Assembly: GCA_963667015.2 (NCBI GenBank)
Contig: CAXXJJ010000001.1
Span: 1,440,001-1,504,000 of the forward strand
Length of the DNA stretch: 64,000 bases
Direction: 5' to 3'
Source of the DNA: Desulfatiglandales bacterium
GTDB taxonomy: Bacteria; Desulfobacterota; DSM-4660; Desulfatiglandales; HGW-15
A model generated the notes under the pieces. It was given only the letters and a program-made list of their open reading frames with translations. It did no database searches and had not been told where the DNA came from. The translations under genes were made by a program, and so were the position numbers. Shown piece by piece: positions 1-9,283 of the stretch (the first letter of the stretch is position 1; every line of letters begins with the position of its first letter).

Positions 1-99
1 GGACACAAACCATGAACTTTGTATGACATGATACAGCGGATTCGGCCGGATAGCATTATGACCAGAAAGGTCCTTTTTCTCTCGCCTGTGATTTATCAT
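1..99 (-). CDS. Possible 5' end of the next operon gene (partial, runs off window)
   Basis: ATG at 99, 17 nt after the FmdE stop; open for 33 codons (MINHRREKKDLSGHN...) to the window edge; no recognisable motif. Confidence 0.35.
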   Translation of the reverse strand, partial: MINHRREKKDLSGHNAIRPNPLYHVIQSSWFVS

Positions 100-116
100 A
101 TTTATGTTACGCTTCC

Positions 117-689
117 TCAGACAGCAACATAGTAAATTTTCTTTTGCCAGCACGGTCTGCAGAGGGTTTCTCCATTCTCCTTGATATCACGGGCGTCCAT
201 GATGCTCTCACCACAGGAGTCGCATGTGACCCTGCGCAGGGGCCGGCCCGGCATGTCTTCAGGGTTCAGGGGGACTTCAACATCTGCCACAAAAAAGAGC
301 TCTTCTTCTGGCATCTTTGAGAAGTCAGGCATTTCGCCTTTTTCAGTTCCCTGCTGTTTTCTTCGTCCCTTTGTTGAAACCCTTGCGGCCTTACCTGTTT
401 CAAGATTCAGGAATGTAGCCGCCATCTTTCCATAATCATATACCTTCATTGTTCGCTTACCGGGCCTGCATCCTGTAAGGGCAGTAATGGCGTCGGCGCA
501 GCATCGGTCGATTTCTACAAAAACCATCAGTTTTTTCCGGTCTGCGTTTTTAGGGTCCGTGATTCCGATTCTTTCAAGCCCTATCATTGTCATTCTCGTG
601 CCCAGTACAATCCCTGCACAGACGCCGCCGTGAAAATTTCTGGCTTCCTCAATACATGTTTCATATTCGGCAAAATATTTTTTACCCAT
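117..689 (-). CDS. FmdE-family protein with C-terminal zinc finger
   Basis: FHGGVCAGIVLG, EIDRCCADAI, TGC-GKRT motifs; C-terminal CDSC...CRPC; GGAGG RBS. Confidence 0.9.
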   Translation of the reverse strand: MGKKYFAEYETCIEEARNFHGGVCAGIVLGTRMTMIGLERIGITDPKNADRKKLMVFVEIDRCCADAITALTGCRPGKRTMKVYDYGKMAATFLNLETGKAARVSTKGRRKQQGTEKGEMPDFSKMPEEELFFVADVEVPLNPEDMPGRPLRRVTCDSCGESIMDARDIKENGETLCRPCWQKKIYYVAV

Positions 690-703
690 AGTACCTCCGG
701 TTC

Positions 704-1669
704 TTAAAATGTATCTCCCAATCCCAGGTATCTCATGCGATCGGTGTTAATGATGTTAATTTTTCTGACACAACTACCGAAAAGCCGGTATCCTCCTCCG
801 CCTTCGGCGAGTATTTCCATGGCAAGGTCACTGTCAGTAACCGCTACTGTACCTACCATTGCCACATTTCGCCTGAAGAGAGGTTCTGGTATAAACCCTG
901 CGGTGGGTCCTACTACTGCTATAGCTGTATCCGAAGGTACGAACCCGATAAGCTCCTGGATCGACCCGTTTGCAATGGCAGCACCTGTGAATACAGCTGT
1001 TTCGCAGTTTGCCAGACTTTCTGCAGTATATCTTGGTGAGACAAATCTCCCGTAGCCGGCCTCTGCCTCGGCCTGGGTTGCCTCTTTACGGTCTATTATT
1101 GTTACCTCTGCGGGTTCCAGCTCCTTTAAGCGCTTCAGGAGCGGGATAATTGCTCCTACCATGCATACTCTACGATTTGTAAATAGTGCCTTTGTATCGG
1201 AAAGGTCACTGTCATTATGTATGCTGTAGTGTCCGTCCTCAAAAAAGGGCACAGACAGGGCATTAAGGGTTGCAAGTCTGATTATCCCTGAAAATGGACC
1301 AGGTGCGCCTCCGCTTGCCACTTCCAGGGCGGACATACCTCGTATGAGCGGCGTGTTTTCCTTTAATATTCTTCTCCCGGCGTTTTTAATGATCTCGGGA
1401 GGTGAGTAGGCAACCCCGCCATATCCGTTGGAAAGCTTTACCCCCACAAAAAACACTCCCACAACCAGACGTCCTATCACCAGGTTTTCGATTTCTTTTT
1501 CATAGTATTTTTTAAGGGTTTCTGTGGCTTCATTAAGGATATGCACGGAGCTTCCTGCATAAATATAGTTTTCCTCATTATTTTCAACTGCTGAGAGTCC
1601 CTTTTTCCCGGCAGATTCACTGTCAGACACCACTTTAGAGTCTGTTCCTATTTCCACATCTGTATCCAT
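704..1669 (-). CDS. DUF364-like (enolase-N + Rossmann-like) putative metal-chelation protein
   Basis: ATLNALS, VCMVGAIIP, FTGAAIANGS, VGPTAG motifs resemble DUF364. Confidence 0.75.
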   Translation of the reverse strand: MDTDVEIGTDSKVVSDSESAGKKGLSAVENNEENYIYAGSSVHILNEATETLKKYYEKEIENLVIGRLVVGVFFVGVKLSNGYGGVAYSPPEIIKNAGRRILKENTPLIRGMSALEVASGGAPGPFSGIIRLATLNALSVPFFEDGHYSIHNDSDLSDTKALFTNRRVCMVGAIIPLLKRLKELEPAEVTIIDRKEATQAEAEAGYGRFVSPRYTAESLANCETAVFTGAAIANGSIQELIGFVPSDTAIAVVGPTAGFIPEPLFRRNVAMVGTVAVTDSDLAMEILAEGGGGYRLFGSCVRKINIINTDRMRYLGLGDTF

Positions 1670-2289
1670 GAACCGTCTTCACCCCTGTCTAATGCAAAAT
1701 TTGAAATGTTTATTCTGTCCTGTATCCTGTCATAATCGCAGTTCATCCCGTTTCTGCGACGTGGGTTTTTGTTCCATTCATGGGGTTTTTCTCCCATATC
1801 CTTTCTCTTTGCCTCAACCTGCTTCCGTACCTCCGGCGTGCCCCGCCCGGTGCCCACATATACCTTTCCCCCGGGAATCAGAATTCTGTACATCTCTCCA
1901 AGCGCTGTGAGGGGATCGTTCCAGAAGGGTATTGAACCGCGGCTTATTACAAGATCAACTGATTCATTTGCCAGAGGTATATTGTGGACATCGGCATGGA
2001 GTGTTTTTGCTCTTCCCTGAAGGCCGGCATTTTTGATATTTTGCTCGGCTCTCTCAAGCATCTTTTCTGACAGATCTAAAAATATAAGATCAAGATCAGT
2101 AATGCCGGCAAGGGCCATACCAAGATAGCCACCGCCCGATCCGGCGTCTACACAGATTCCCCTGGTAATCCCGGTCTTTTCCTTTATTTTGTTTGCATAA
2201 TATGCGTACATGGGGCTGTCCATGCTAAGAGCCCTCCTGTCGTAATTCATTACATTCATTTTTTTATGATTTTCTTCCTTCAACTCCAT
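1648..2289 (-). CDS. Class I SAM-dependent methyltransferase
   Basis: VDAGSGGG motif I; DLVISRGSIPFW; YRILIPGG. Confidence 0.9.
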   Translation of the reverse strand: MELKEENHKKMNVMNYDRRALSMDSPMYAYYANKIKEKTGITRGICVDAGSGGGYLGMALAGITDLDLIFLDLSEKMLERAEQNIKNAGLQGRAKTLHADVHNIPLANESVDLVISRGSIPFWNDPLTALGEMYRILIPGGKVYVGTGRGTPEVRKQVEAKRKDMGEKPHEWNKNPRRRNGMNCDYDRIQDRINISNFALDRGEDGSWIQMWK

Positions 2290-2315
2290 CCTCCATGGCC
2301 GTAATCCGGTGTTTT

Positions 2316-3203
2316 TTATTTTATATTCCAGGCCATCATTCCTGAATATCCGCTGTGCCTGGCCCTGTACTTTCCTTCCTTTGCAGAGGATTTGTAGTAT
2401 TCACGAATTTTTCGTTTAACTGTCGCAGTACATGGTTCAAAACGTTCAAGGGATCTGATTGTATGGTCTGCAGCCTCTTCCCAGTCCATGGATATATTTT
2501 TCTTATTCTGGATTACTTTTACAACAGGACGGTATCCAAGCAGGTACAGGTAAACGAATGCGTTGATAAACAGCGAACCCTTTTTTGACGTGTTTTTGGG
2601 ACCGGGTTTCTTAAGTATATTCCGAACAATTTCATCATCGATCATGGAGCCGTATCCATGATTCTGAATAAAAAAACTGTAGAATCCGAAACCCTTTGAA
2701 CATGCGATCATACGTTCAAGACATTCGGCATCCTTTACCGCAGGTGTGCTGGTCACAAAAACAAGATCAAACTTTTTCCGGAGACCGAGCTTATCGATAT
2801 CTGCCGTCCACCATGAAGCGGTGATGGTTTCAACATCAAGCCCCTTTTTGTCTGCATATATCTTTAACCTCTCAAGCGCTGTTGAAGAGATGTCCAGTGC
2901 AGTAACCTTTGCCCCGGCCTCTGCTAATGGAATACATGTTGCCCCGGGTCCGGAACCGATATCAAGTATACTGGAACCCTTTATTTTAAATCCTGCTTCA
3001 TCAAGTATCTCGAATATTTCCTTCATCCGCTTCTTTTTTCGGCCGGGTTTAAGATTTTTACCTATACCCCGATCAGTGCGGCCCCATTGGGTATTCCAGA
3101 ATTCCGCCTGTTCCATGTCCGATTTGTTGTCAAAAAATCCCTTTGAAGATTTCCAGAAATCCACCCAGTTTTTTATGTTTTTATCTGTATGTGTTTTTTT
3201 CAT
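2316..3203 (-). CDS. Class I SAM-dependent methyltransferase
   Basis: ILDIGSGPG, VTALDIS, FDLVF; ATG 3203 has GAGGA upstream. Confidence 0.88.
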   Translation of the reverse strand: MKKTHTDKNIKNWVDFWKSSKGFFDNKSDMEQAEFWNTQWGRTDRGIGKNLKPGRKKKRMKEIFEILDEAGFKIKGSSILDIGSGPGATCIPLAEAGAKVTALDISSTALERLKIYADKKGLDVETITASWWTADIDKLGLRKKFDLVFVTSTPAVKDAECLERMIACSKGFGFYSFFIQNHGYGSMIDDEIVRNILKKPGPKNTSKKGSLFINAFVYLYLLGYRPVVKVIQNKKNISMDWEEAADHTIRSLERFEPCTATVKRKIREYYKSSAKEGKYRARHSGYSGMMAWNIK

Positions 3204-3214
3204 GCTATTGATCC

Positions 3215-4306
3215 TCAATTTTTTAGTAGTGATGTAAGTTCTTCATCAGTAAGGTTGTAATGGTAGAATATGGAATAAAACCGCTTTGCCTTTTTTCTGA
3301 ACCAGTTTTCCGGAAAAATCTCCGGATAAAGTATATGCGCTGTCCATGGAATACCTACAATCCTGTTTACTCCGGGAGGACGGTCAAACCAGTTAAATGG
3401 CTTGGTAGGAGTAAGATGGATATTTCTTTTTTTCACTGCCGGGACAAGTTTCCAGCTTTCATCTTTATAAATCTGATTGATGAATTCCCTGCTTGTGGTG
3501 ATAATGACATCGGGTTTCCACATTAATACCGATTCCATTGTTACTTCGGTCATTCCTGAAACTGTTGAACTGGTGCATGTGGCAACATTGTTGCCTCCGC
3601 ATACATCAATAAGCTGGGAATGGGGAGACCCGGCCGGGTCTGTTGAAAGCCCGTTGTTTCCTTCGGCATAATAGATCCTGGTCCTTTTTTCCTGCGGGAT
3701 GTTTTTAACCCTGTCCTGAACCTCTTTAAGTACACCCAGGTAATATTCGTTAAGTATTTTTGCCCGGTCAGGGACACCGAGAATTTCTCCCATGAATGTT
3801 ATGGTATTTGCATAACCAAGGGTATTTCTGCTGTTTTCTATGCATACTACGGGTATCTTCCCGAATTTTTCCTGCACTGTGTCTGCCCGTGAAGGATCCA
3901 GTTCCACCTCCACTCCTATAAAAACAATGTCGGGCTTTGCTGCAATATATGACTCGTAATTTATTTTGCCTCTTCCCCATGCAAAAGTGGGGATGTTGTG
4001 GTATTCCTTTGGTAGAATATTACTTGCATCCCTTGAAGGCGCAGCCACCCAGCCGCCCAGCTTTTCAGGGGCCAGCATGTAAATAAATGTCGTAGGGGGG
4101 GGAGAAGTGCTGAGGACCTTTGAGATCTTTACCGGGATCTTGACCTTTCTTCCGGCCATGTCTGTAATTACCCTGTATTGCGAGTCATTGGCAGTTTCAG
4201 ATAAAGTGTTGCCCTCCATACCATGCGCTGAAATTGCAGATGCAAAGAATGCAAAACTAAATATGATATGCCTTATAATATAATTGACCGTGTTTTTTGT
4301 TTTCAT
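3215..4306 (-). CDS. Iron-chelate/cobalamin ABC transporter substrate-binding protein
   Basis: Signal peptide; ITDMAGRKV, GGNNVA, PFNWFDRPP motifs of class III binding proteins. Confidence 0.9.
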   Translation of the reverse strand: MKTKNTVNYIIRHIIFSFAFFASAISAHGMEGNTLSETANDSQYRVITDMAGRKVKIPVKISKVLSTSPPPTTFIYMLAPEKLGGWVAAPSRDASNILPKEYHNIPTFAWGRGKINYESYIAAKPDIVFIGVEVELDPSRADTVQEKFGKIPVVCIENSRNTLGYANTITFMGEILGVPDRAKILNEYYLGVLKEVQDRVKNIPQEKRTRIYYAEGNNGLSTDPAGSPHSQLIDVCGGNNVATCTSSTVSGMTEVTMESVLMWKPDVIITTSREFINQIYKDESWKLVPAVKKRNIHLTPTKPFNWFDRPPGVNRIVGIPWTAHILYPEIFPENWFRKKAKRFYSIFYHYNLTDEELTSLLKN

Positions 4307-4342
4307 TAAATTACCTCTTAAAGTGAATCAAACCTGAATACA

Positions 4343-5128
4343 TCATATCCTGGCAACTATTCGTGTCATGGGAATGACAAAGGGGATATCCTCTGTAACC
4401 CTTATGCTGGCTCTTATTCCATAGACCGTTTCAAGGTTCTTTCCTGTCATTACGTCGTTTGGAGCTCCGCTGGCAATGATCCTGCCTTTTTTCATCATCA
4501 TGATTTTATCAGAGTACCGGGCAGCCATATTAAGGTCATGTATGGCAATAAGGGCGGTAAGGTCCTGCTTTTTTACCAGTGAACGCAGGATCTCCATGAC
4601 ATCGATCTGGTGCCACACATCAAGATTGCTTGTGGGTTCGTCAAGGAGTATCAGCCCTGTTTCCTGTGCCAGCGCCCTTGCAATAAGCACCTTCTGCTGC
4701 TGCCCACCTGACAGCTCGGTAAAATAGCTCATTCCCAGCTCTTCTATGCCTAGGAGCCTCAAGACCTCCCATACCTTTTCCTCATCTCTGCGGTCGCCCT
4801 TCCATGAAAGATAGGGTCTTCTTCCCATGAGGACCACATCAAATACCGTATTCGGAAATACCCTCACCGAACTCTGCGGTACATAGGCGATCTTTTTTGC
4901 TATCTCGATCCTACTCATCTTCCCGATATCACATCGGTCGACCGTCACATCTCCTGAGGAGGGGGCAATGATGTTGTCTATACATTTGATAAGTGTGGAT
5001 TTGCCTGATCCGTTAGGGCCGACAATGCTGACCATCTGGCCGTCACTCACGTTCATGAAAAAATCCTTCAGGATGCGTGTGTTGTGATATCCGAAATTAA
5101 GATTTTTTATTGAGAGCTTGTTTATCAT
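4343..5128 (-). CDS. Iron-chelate/cobalamin ABC transporter ATPase (FecE/BtuD-like)
   Basis: GPNGSGKS, LSGGQQQ, LLDEPT, HDLN; ATGA overlap with permease stop. Confidence 0.95.
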   Translation of the reverse strand: MINKLSIKNLNFGYHNTRILKDFFMNVSDGQMVSIVGPNGSGKSTLIKCIDNIIAPSSGDVTVDRCDIGKMSRIEIAKKIAYVPQSSVRVFPNTVFDVVLMGRRPYLSWKGDRRDEEKVWEVLRLLGIEELGMSYFTELSGGQQQKVLIARALAQETGLILLDEPTSNLDVWHQIDVMEILRSLVKKQDLTALIAIHDLNMAARYSDKIMMMKKGRIIASGAPNDVMTGKNLETVYGIRASIRVTEDIPFVIPMTRIVARI

Positions 5129-6252
5129 GACCAAAACTCCTTGCGTTTTCCCTTGAGAATCAGGAATAAAAAAAGAGGGACGCCTATCATGGACATAATG
5201 ATTCCGGGCGGAATAACGACGGGATCAAGTATGTTCATTGAAACGGCATTTGCAATAAGAAGTATTGCAGCGCCTATTCCGCCGCTTGCAGGTATCAGGT
5301 AGCGGTGGTCGTTGCCCAGGATTAACCGCCCTATATGCGGGGCAATAAGGCCGACAAACCCGATAACCCCCACAAAGGCTACTATGGCTGCTACCAGAAG
5401 GCTTGCCACGGCCATTATTAGGATACGTACAAAACCTGCATTAACTCCCATGCTCTTTGCACTCTCATCTCCAGCTGTCATAAGATTCAGGTCCCATGCC
5501 CTGCTGAAGATAAGAGGTACGCATATTAATGATATTACACCCAGAAAACAGATCCCGTTCCAGTTTATATCCGAAAGGGAACCCATTCCCCAGGTGGACA
5601 TCACGCTCCGCTGTTCATCGTCAGCTATATAGTTAAAAAACTGGTTTGTTGCCTGGAACAGGTAGTTTACTGCGATTCCGGCAAGTATCATGGTTTCCGA
5701 GGTTGCGCCTCGAAATGCCGAAAGGGAGATTATGAATCCGGAGCAGAGCAGGGCGCACAGGAATGCATTCCCTACCATAAAGTAGGGTCCGTCCAGGACG
5801 GTGATTCCGAGCACGGCTGCAACCGATACGCCGAAATGAGCGCCTGATGATATCCCGAGGGTAAAGGGGCTTGCCATAGGATTTTTTAAAACCCCCTGCA
5901 TCACACACCCGCAGATGCCCAGGCCTGCACCGGCAATTATTGCGCCCAGAATAAGCGGGAGACGTATTTTAAGTATGACGTGGGTTATGATGTCATCTAT
6001 GTCAAAAAGACCTGGAATACAATAGTTTAACAGGGTACCGTATACCTCGGAGAGCTTCATAGGTACCTGTCCCAGCGTGATTATGGTACCGGCGGAGATG
6101 ATAAGAAGCAGCGTAAGGCCAATGAGGAAAAGAAATTTTTTCCATACGGAGAATGAGTGCTCCTTTCGAACCCTGCTGAGTTTTCCCCGCCTCGTCTTTT
6201 TTGCATTCCCATATAATGAGTGAAGAGTAAAATACCTGTTCACATTCTTCAC
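5125..6252 (-). CDS. FecCD/BtuC-family ABC permease
   Basis: IRLP, NPMASPFTLGISSGA, GDESAKSMGV, GVIGFVGLIAPH. Confidence 0.95.
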   Translation of the reverse strand: MKNVNRYFTLHSLYGNAKKTRRGKLSRVRKEHSFSVWKKFLFLIGLTLLLIISAGTIITLGQVPMKLSEVYGTLLNYCIPGLFDIDDIITHVILKIRLPLILGAIIAGAGLGICGCVMQGVLKNPMASPFTLGISSGAHFGVSVAAVLGITVLDGPYFMVGNAFLCALLCSGFIISLSAFRGATSETMILAGIAVNYLFQATNQFFNYIADDEQRSVMSTWGMGSLSDINWNGICFLGVISLICVPLIFSRAWDLNLMTAGDESAKSMGVNAGFVRILIMAVASLLVAAIVAFVGVIGFVGLIAPHIGRLILGNDHRYLIPASGGIGAAILLIANAVSMNILDPVVIPPGIIMSMIGVPLFLFLILKGKRKEFWS

Positions 6253-7007
6253 CTGTCAAGGGCTTTTATCAGGCCTGCAGTTGTTCCTGTGTCATCAATT
6301 CTGTTGGTTACAACAATAAGATTTCTTTCCTTGGCAATCTCGGAAAGATTCTGGAATTCACGCAGCTTCAGGGCTGTCGGTGTCTTTTCATAAAGCTCTG
6401 CGGCTTCGGTCATACGCTTTGATGCCTGATATTCGCCGTCCGCTAAAATAATCCTTGCTCTTCTTTCCCTTTCCGCCTCTGCCTGACGTGCAATGGCCCG
6501 GAGCATATTTTCGGGCAGGGCAATATCCCGGATGGTGACCACATCGACAGTGATACCCCATGGATTAGTCATAATCTCGAGGGTTGCCTGAATTTTCTGG
6601 TTAAGTGCCTCCCTGTCAGAAAGGATCATGTCCAGGTCGTTCTGGCCCAACACATCCCTGAGCATTGTCTGGGCTATCAGGGCCGTTGCGCCTTCATAGT
6701 CTTCGACTTCTACAATGGCCTTTGTGGCCTCCTTGACATGGTAATAGATGACTGCATCAACATCGGCGCTGATATTGTCACGGGTTATAATGGTCTGTTT
6801 TGGAACATCGAGCTGCCTTATCCTGAGATCCACACGAACGATCTGATCCACAAAAGGGATTATTAAAAAGATACCCGGCCCCTTGATCCCTGCCAGTCTG
6901 CCGAATCTGAATATTACCGCACGATCGTATTGACGTGTAATTCTGACTGCTAACAGCACCAATATTAAAAAAAAAGTGACAATGAGGATTATCTGAAAAA
7001 AAGACAT
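6249..7007 (-). CDS. SPFH/stomatin-family membrane protein
   Basis: N-terminal TM; RAVIFRFGR, GPGIFLIIPF, RQAEAERERRA. Confidence 0.93.
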   Translation of the reverse strand: MSFFQIILIVTFFLILVLLAVRITRQYDRAVIFRFGRLAGIKGPGIFLIIPFVDQIVRVDLRIRQLDVPKQTIITRDNISADVDAVIYYHVKEATKAIVEVEDYEGATALIAQTMLRDVLGQNDLDMILSDREALNQKIQATLEIMTNPWGITVDVVTIRDIALPENMLRAIARQAEAERERRARIILADGEYQASKRMTEAAELYEKTPTALKLREFQNLSEIAKERNLIVVTNRIDDTGTTAGLIKALDR

Positions 7008-7050
7008 TTATGGTTCCTTTACTTCTATGTTTTTTGTAGCTTTATTAACC

Positions 7051-7089
7051 GAATCTCCGGGGCATTCTTTTTTGATGCCCCGGAGATTC
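7051..7089. terminator. Perfect 15-bp intergenic hairpin (mRNA stabiliser or partial terminator)
   Basis: GAATCTCCGGGGCAT / ATGCCCCGGAGATTC just after the TonB receptor stop; no U-tract on the coding strand. Confidence 0.6.
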
Positions 7090-7092
7090 CTG

Positions 7093-9201
7093 TCACTTGT
7101 ACGTCAGGGTAAATTCCATGCCGATACTTCGGCCTCGATCCTTATAGTAACCTGTAACATAACGTGTAGAGAAGTGTTCATTCCCCAGGTTTCGGCCAAA
7201 GATAGAGGCAGTAAGTAAAAAATCATTGAACTTAAAATCCCGCTGGATATTTGCATCGATTTTTGTGTAATCTCCAAGTCCCTCTGTTTCAGCCACTCCC
7301 ATAGGGCTGCGGGAGTTCAACCATTTATCGGCTTTTTTGATGGACAGGTTTATTCTGTATGCATTCCATTTATGGTTTAGCTTTACAGAATACAGGTCTT
7401 CTGGTTTGCTTGTGCCAATTGAATCGGTAGTAACTCCGTCGCTGGTGGATTCAATATCAAGCATGCGTGTCCAGGTCACTTTATAGGAGGTATTTTTACA
7501 GATGCTTCCTTTAAGCATCACCTCAACGCCCCTTCTGAGTTCGTCGGATTCTGTGTAGTAATAGTAGGTGGCGTCATCAATGATGTAAGTGCTTGAGGAG
7601 GCGGACTTACCATTTTCAATATCAATATTGAACCATGTGACTGTCGGTTTTAGCCACGATGTAAAATCGGCAGCTACTGCTAATTCAACACGCTCCTGAT
7701 TTTCGCGATGAGGAGTTGCATCGTCTACCAGCCGCATATCAAAATCTCCCACCGTCCCCTGTTTACCACGATAGTAGCGGCCGTCCATGGCATAGGTATC
7801 ATTTATTCGCAAGTGGGCTCCCAGGGCAAAGACTTTGGAAGGGGCCATATCAACATTGTTGTTGGCATCGTCATTGGCCACCGCTTCATTTCTGCCTGCG
7901 CTTGAGTTATCAATATGCTTGGTGTCCTCACGATAACCTCCGTCAAAGGAAAGGTTGCCCTCCAGCATGGTATGCTCCACTGATGCTGACCAGCCAGTGA
8001 CTGTTGTGTCGTATTTCCAGTATCCATTATACAGGTTTCCCCCGAGGCCGGTGCTGTTTGACATCTGACCTCCTACCTGAAGGAGGGTATTTCCGAAACG
8101 GGCATTATGGCGAAGGCCAATACCCTTTGTCTCTTCCTCATAATCTCTATAGGAAGCGCTGTCGGATACAAAGCTTTCATTGTTTTCATTTTGTTCATAT
8201 TCGGTCTGGAAGAGGTTCAACAGTGTTATCTGGTCAGGTGTCCATTGCATCGTCATATCTGTTGAAAATATCTTGGCCTTGAGAGGGTCGTAATACCATT
8301 TAACCCCCGAAAGTTCTCCGTACACATCAATACCCCGCTGCATTTCAATATACCCTGAATCTATATAGGCCATCAGGTTGATATTGAATTTACCGGCATT
8401 AAAACCTGCATTGATCATTCCTGATTCTCCCCCGCGTCCATCAAACCAGCTGTCCTGGCTGGGCCTGTCCATCTTGGAGCCGGTCACACCGATATATCCA
8501 TTGACCCCGGAGGATTTTTCTATTTTGGTTCCCAGGTACAGGCTTTCATTTGTAGCTGTTGGATGACCGCCTACATGTTTTTCAAAAGATCCTGAGAGGG
8601 TTGCCTGTGTTTTTTCCGGCTGTTTTGTTCTGATTATAATAAATCCAGTCACAGTACCTGTCCCTGAATTTGATGCTCCTATTGGGATCGTCGGGCCAAG
8701 AGTAAGTGATGTTGATCCCCTGACGATCTGCATTTCTTCAATGGCTATTACCGGAAGCTTGTAAAGTATCCTGTTGGCAGAAGGAGGAAGGACAGCTCCG
8801 TCTATGATGTAGGTATAGCTTCCGCCGCCACGCTGAGAAATTCCAAAAGGGCTTCTGCGGCCCTGATAGGTGAGGGTAACGCCTGTTGCCTTATCAAGCA
8901 GATCATATACATCACTTGGTTCCAGGTTTTCAATATCCTCCCGGTCAAATACTTCCGTGCCGAACTGGGCGCTTTTTTCAACCCGATAAATGTTTGTAAT
9001 ACTGCTCAGATCAAGATCCTCCCGCAAAGGAACCGGCGAATCAACAACCGTCATTGGTTCAATCTGCTGTGCCGATGATGCCTGTTTTGATGATTGCTGA
9101 GCTTCATTGTCTTCCTTTTCTCCCGCAAATGCATTCGTAGCAACAGCAAGAGATGTAAGTAATAAACTGATATTAATTAAATTTCTGTATCCGTACTTCA
9201 T
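7093..9201 (-). CDS. TonB-dependent outer-membrane receptor
   Basis: Signal peptide, plug motifs (RGG..YIIDG, IEEMQIVRGS), beta-barrel-like C-terminus NLGNEHF...GRSIGMEFTLTYK. Confidence 0.9.
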   Translation of the reverse strand: MKYGYRNLINISLLLTSLAVATNAFAGEKEDNEAQQSSKQASSAQQIEPMTVVDSPVPLREDLDLSSITNIYRVEKSAQFGTEVFDREDIENLEPSDVYDLLDKATGVTLTYQGRRSPFGISQRGGGSYTYIIDGAVLPPSANRILYKLPVIAIEEMQIVRGSTSLTLGPTIPIGASNSGTGTVTGFIIIRTKQPEKTQATLSGSFEKHVGGHPTATNESLYLGTKIEKSSGVNGYIGVTGSKMDRPSQDSWFDGRGGESGMINAGFNAGKFNINLMAYIDSGYIEMQRGIDVYGELSGVKWYYDPLKAKIFSTDMTMQWTPDQITLLNLFQTEYEQNENNESFVSDSASYRDYEEETKGIGLRHNARFGNTLLQVGGQMSNSTGLGGNLYNGYWKYDTTVTGWSASVEHTMLEGNLSFDGGYREDTKHIDNSSAGRNEAVANDDANNNVDMAPSKVFALGAHLRINDTYAMDGRYYRGKQGTVGDFDMRLVDDATPHRENQERVELAVAADFTSWLKPTVTWFNIDIENGKSASSSTYIIDDATYYYYTESDELRRGVEVMLKGSICKNTSYKVTWTRMLDIESTSDGVTTDSIGTSKPEDLYSVKLNHKWNAYRINLSIKKADKWLNSRSPMGVAETEGLGDYTKIDANIQRDFKFNDFLLTASIFGRNLGNEHFSTRYVTGYYKDRGRSIGMEFTLTYK

Positions 9202-9283
9202 ATCCAATTCCCCTTGGTTTCAAAATTAAATTACCTTTTGTTTTCAGATGATCAGCTCAATATCATTGTTTGTTTAGACTTCT

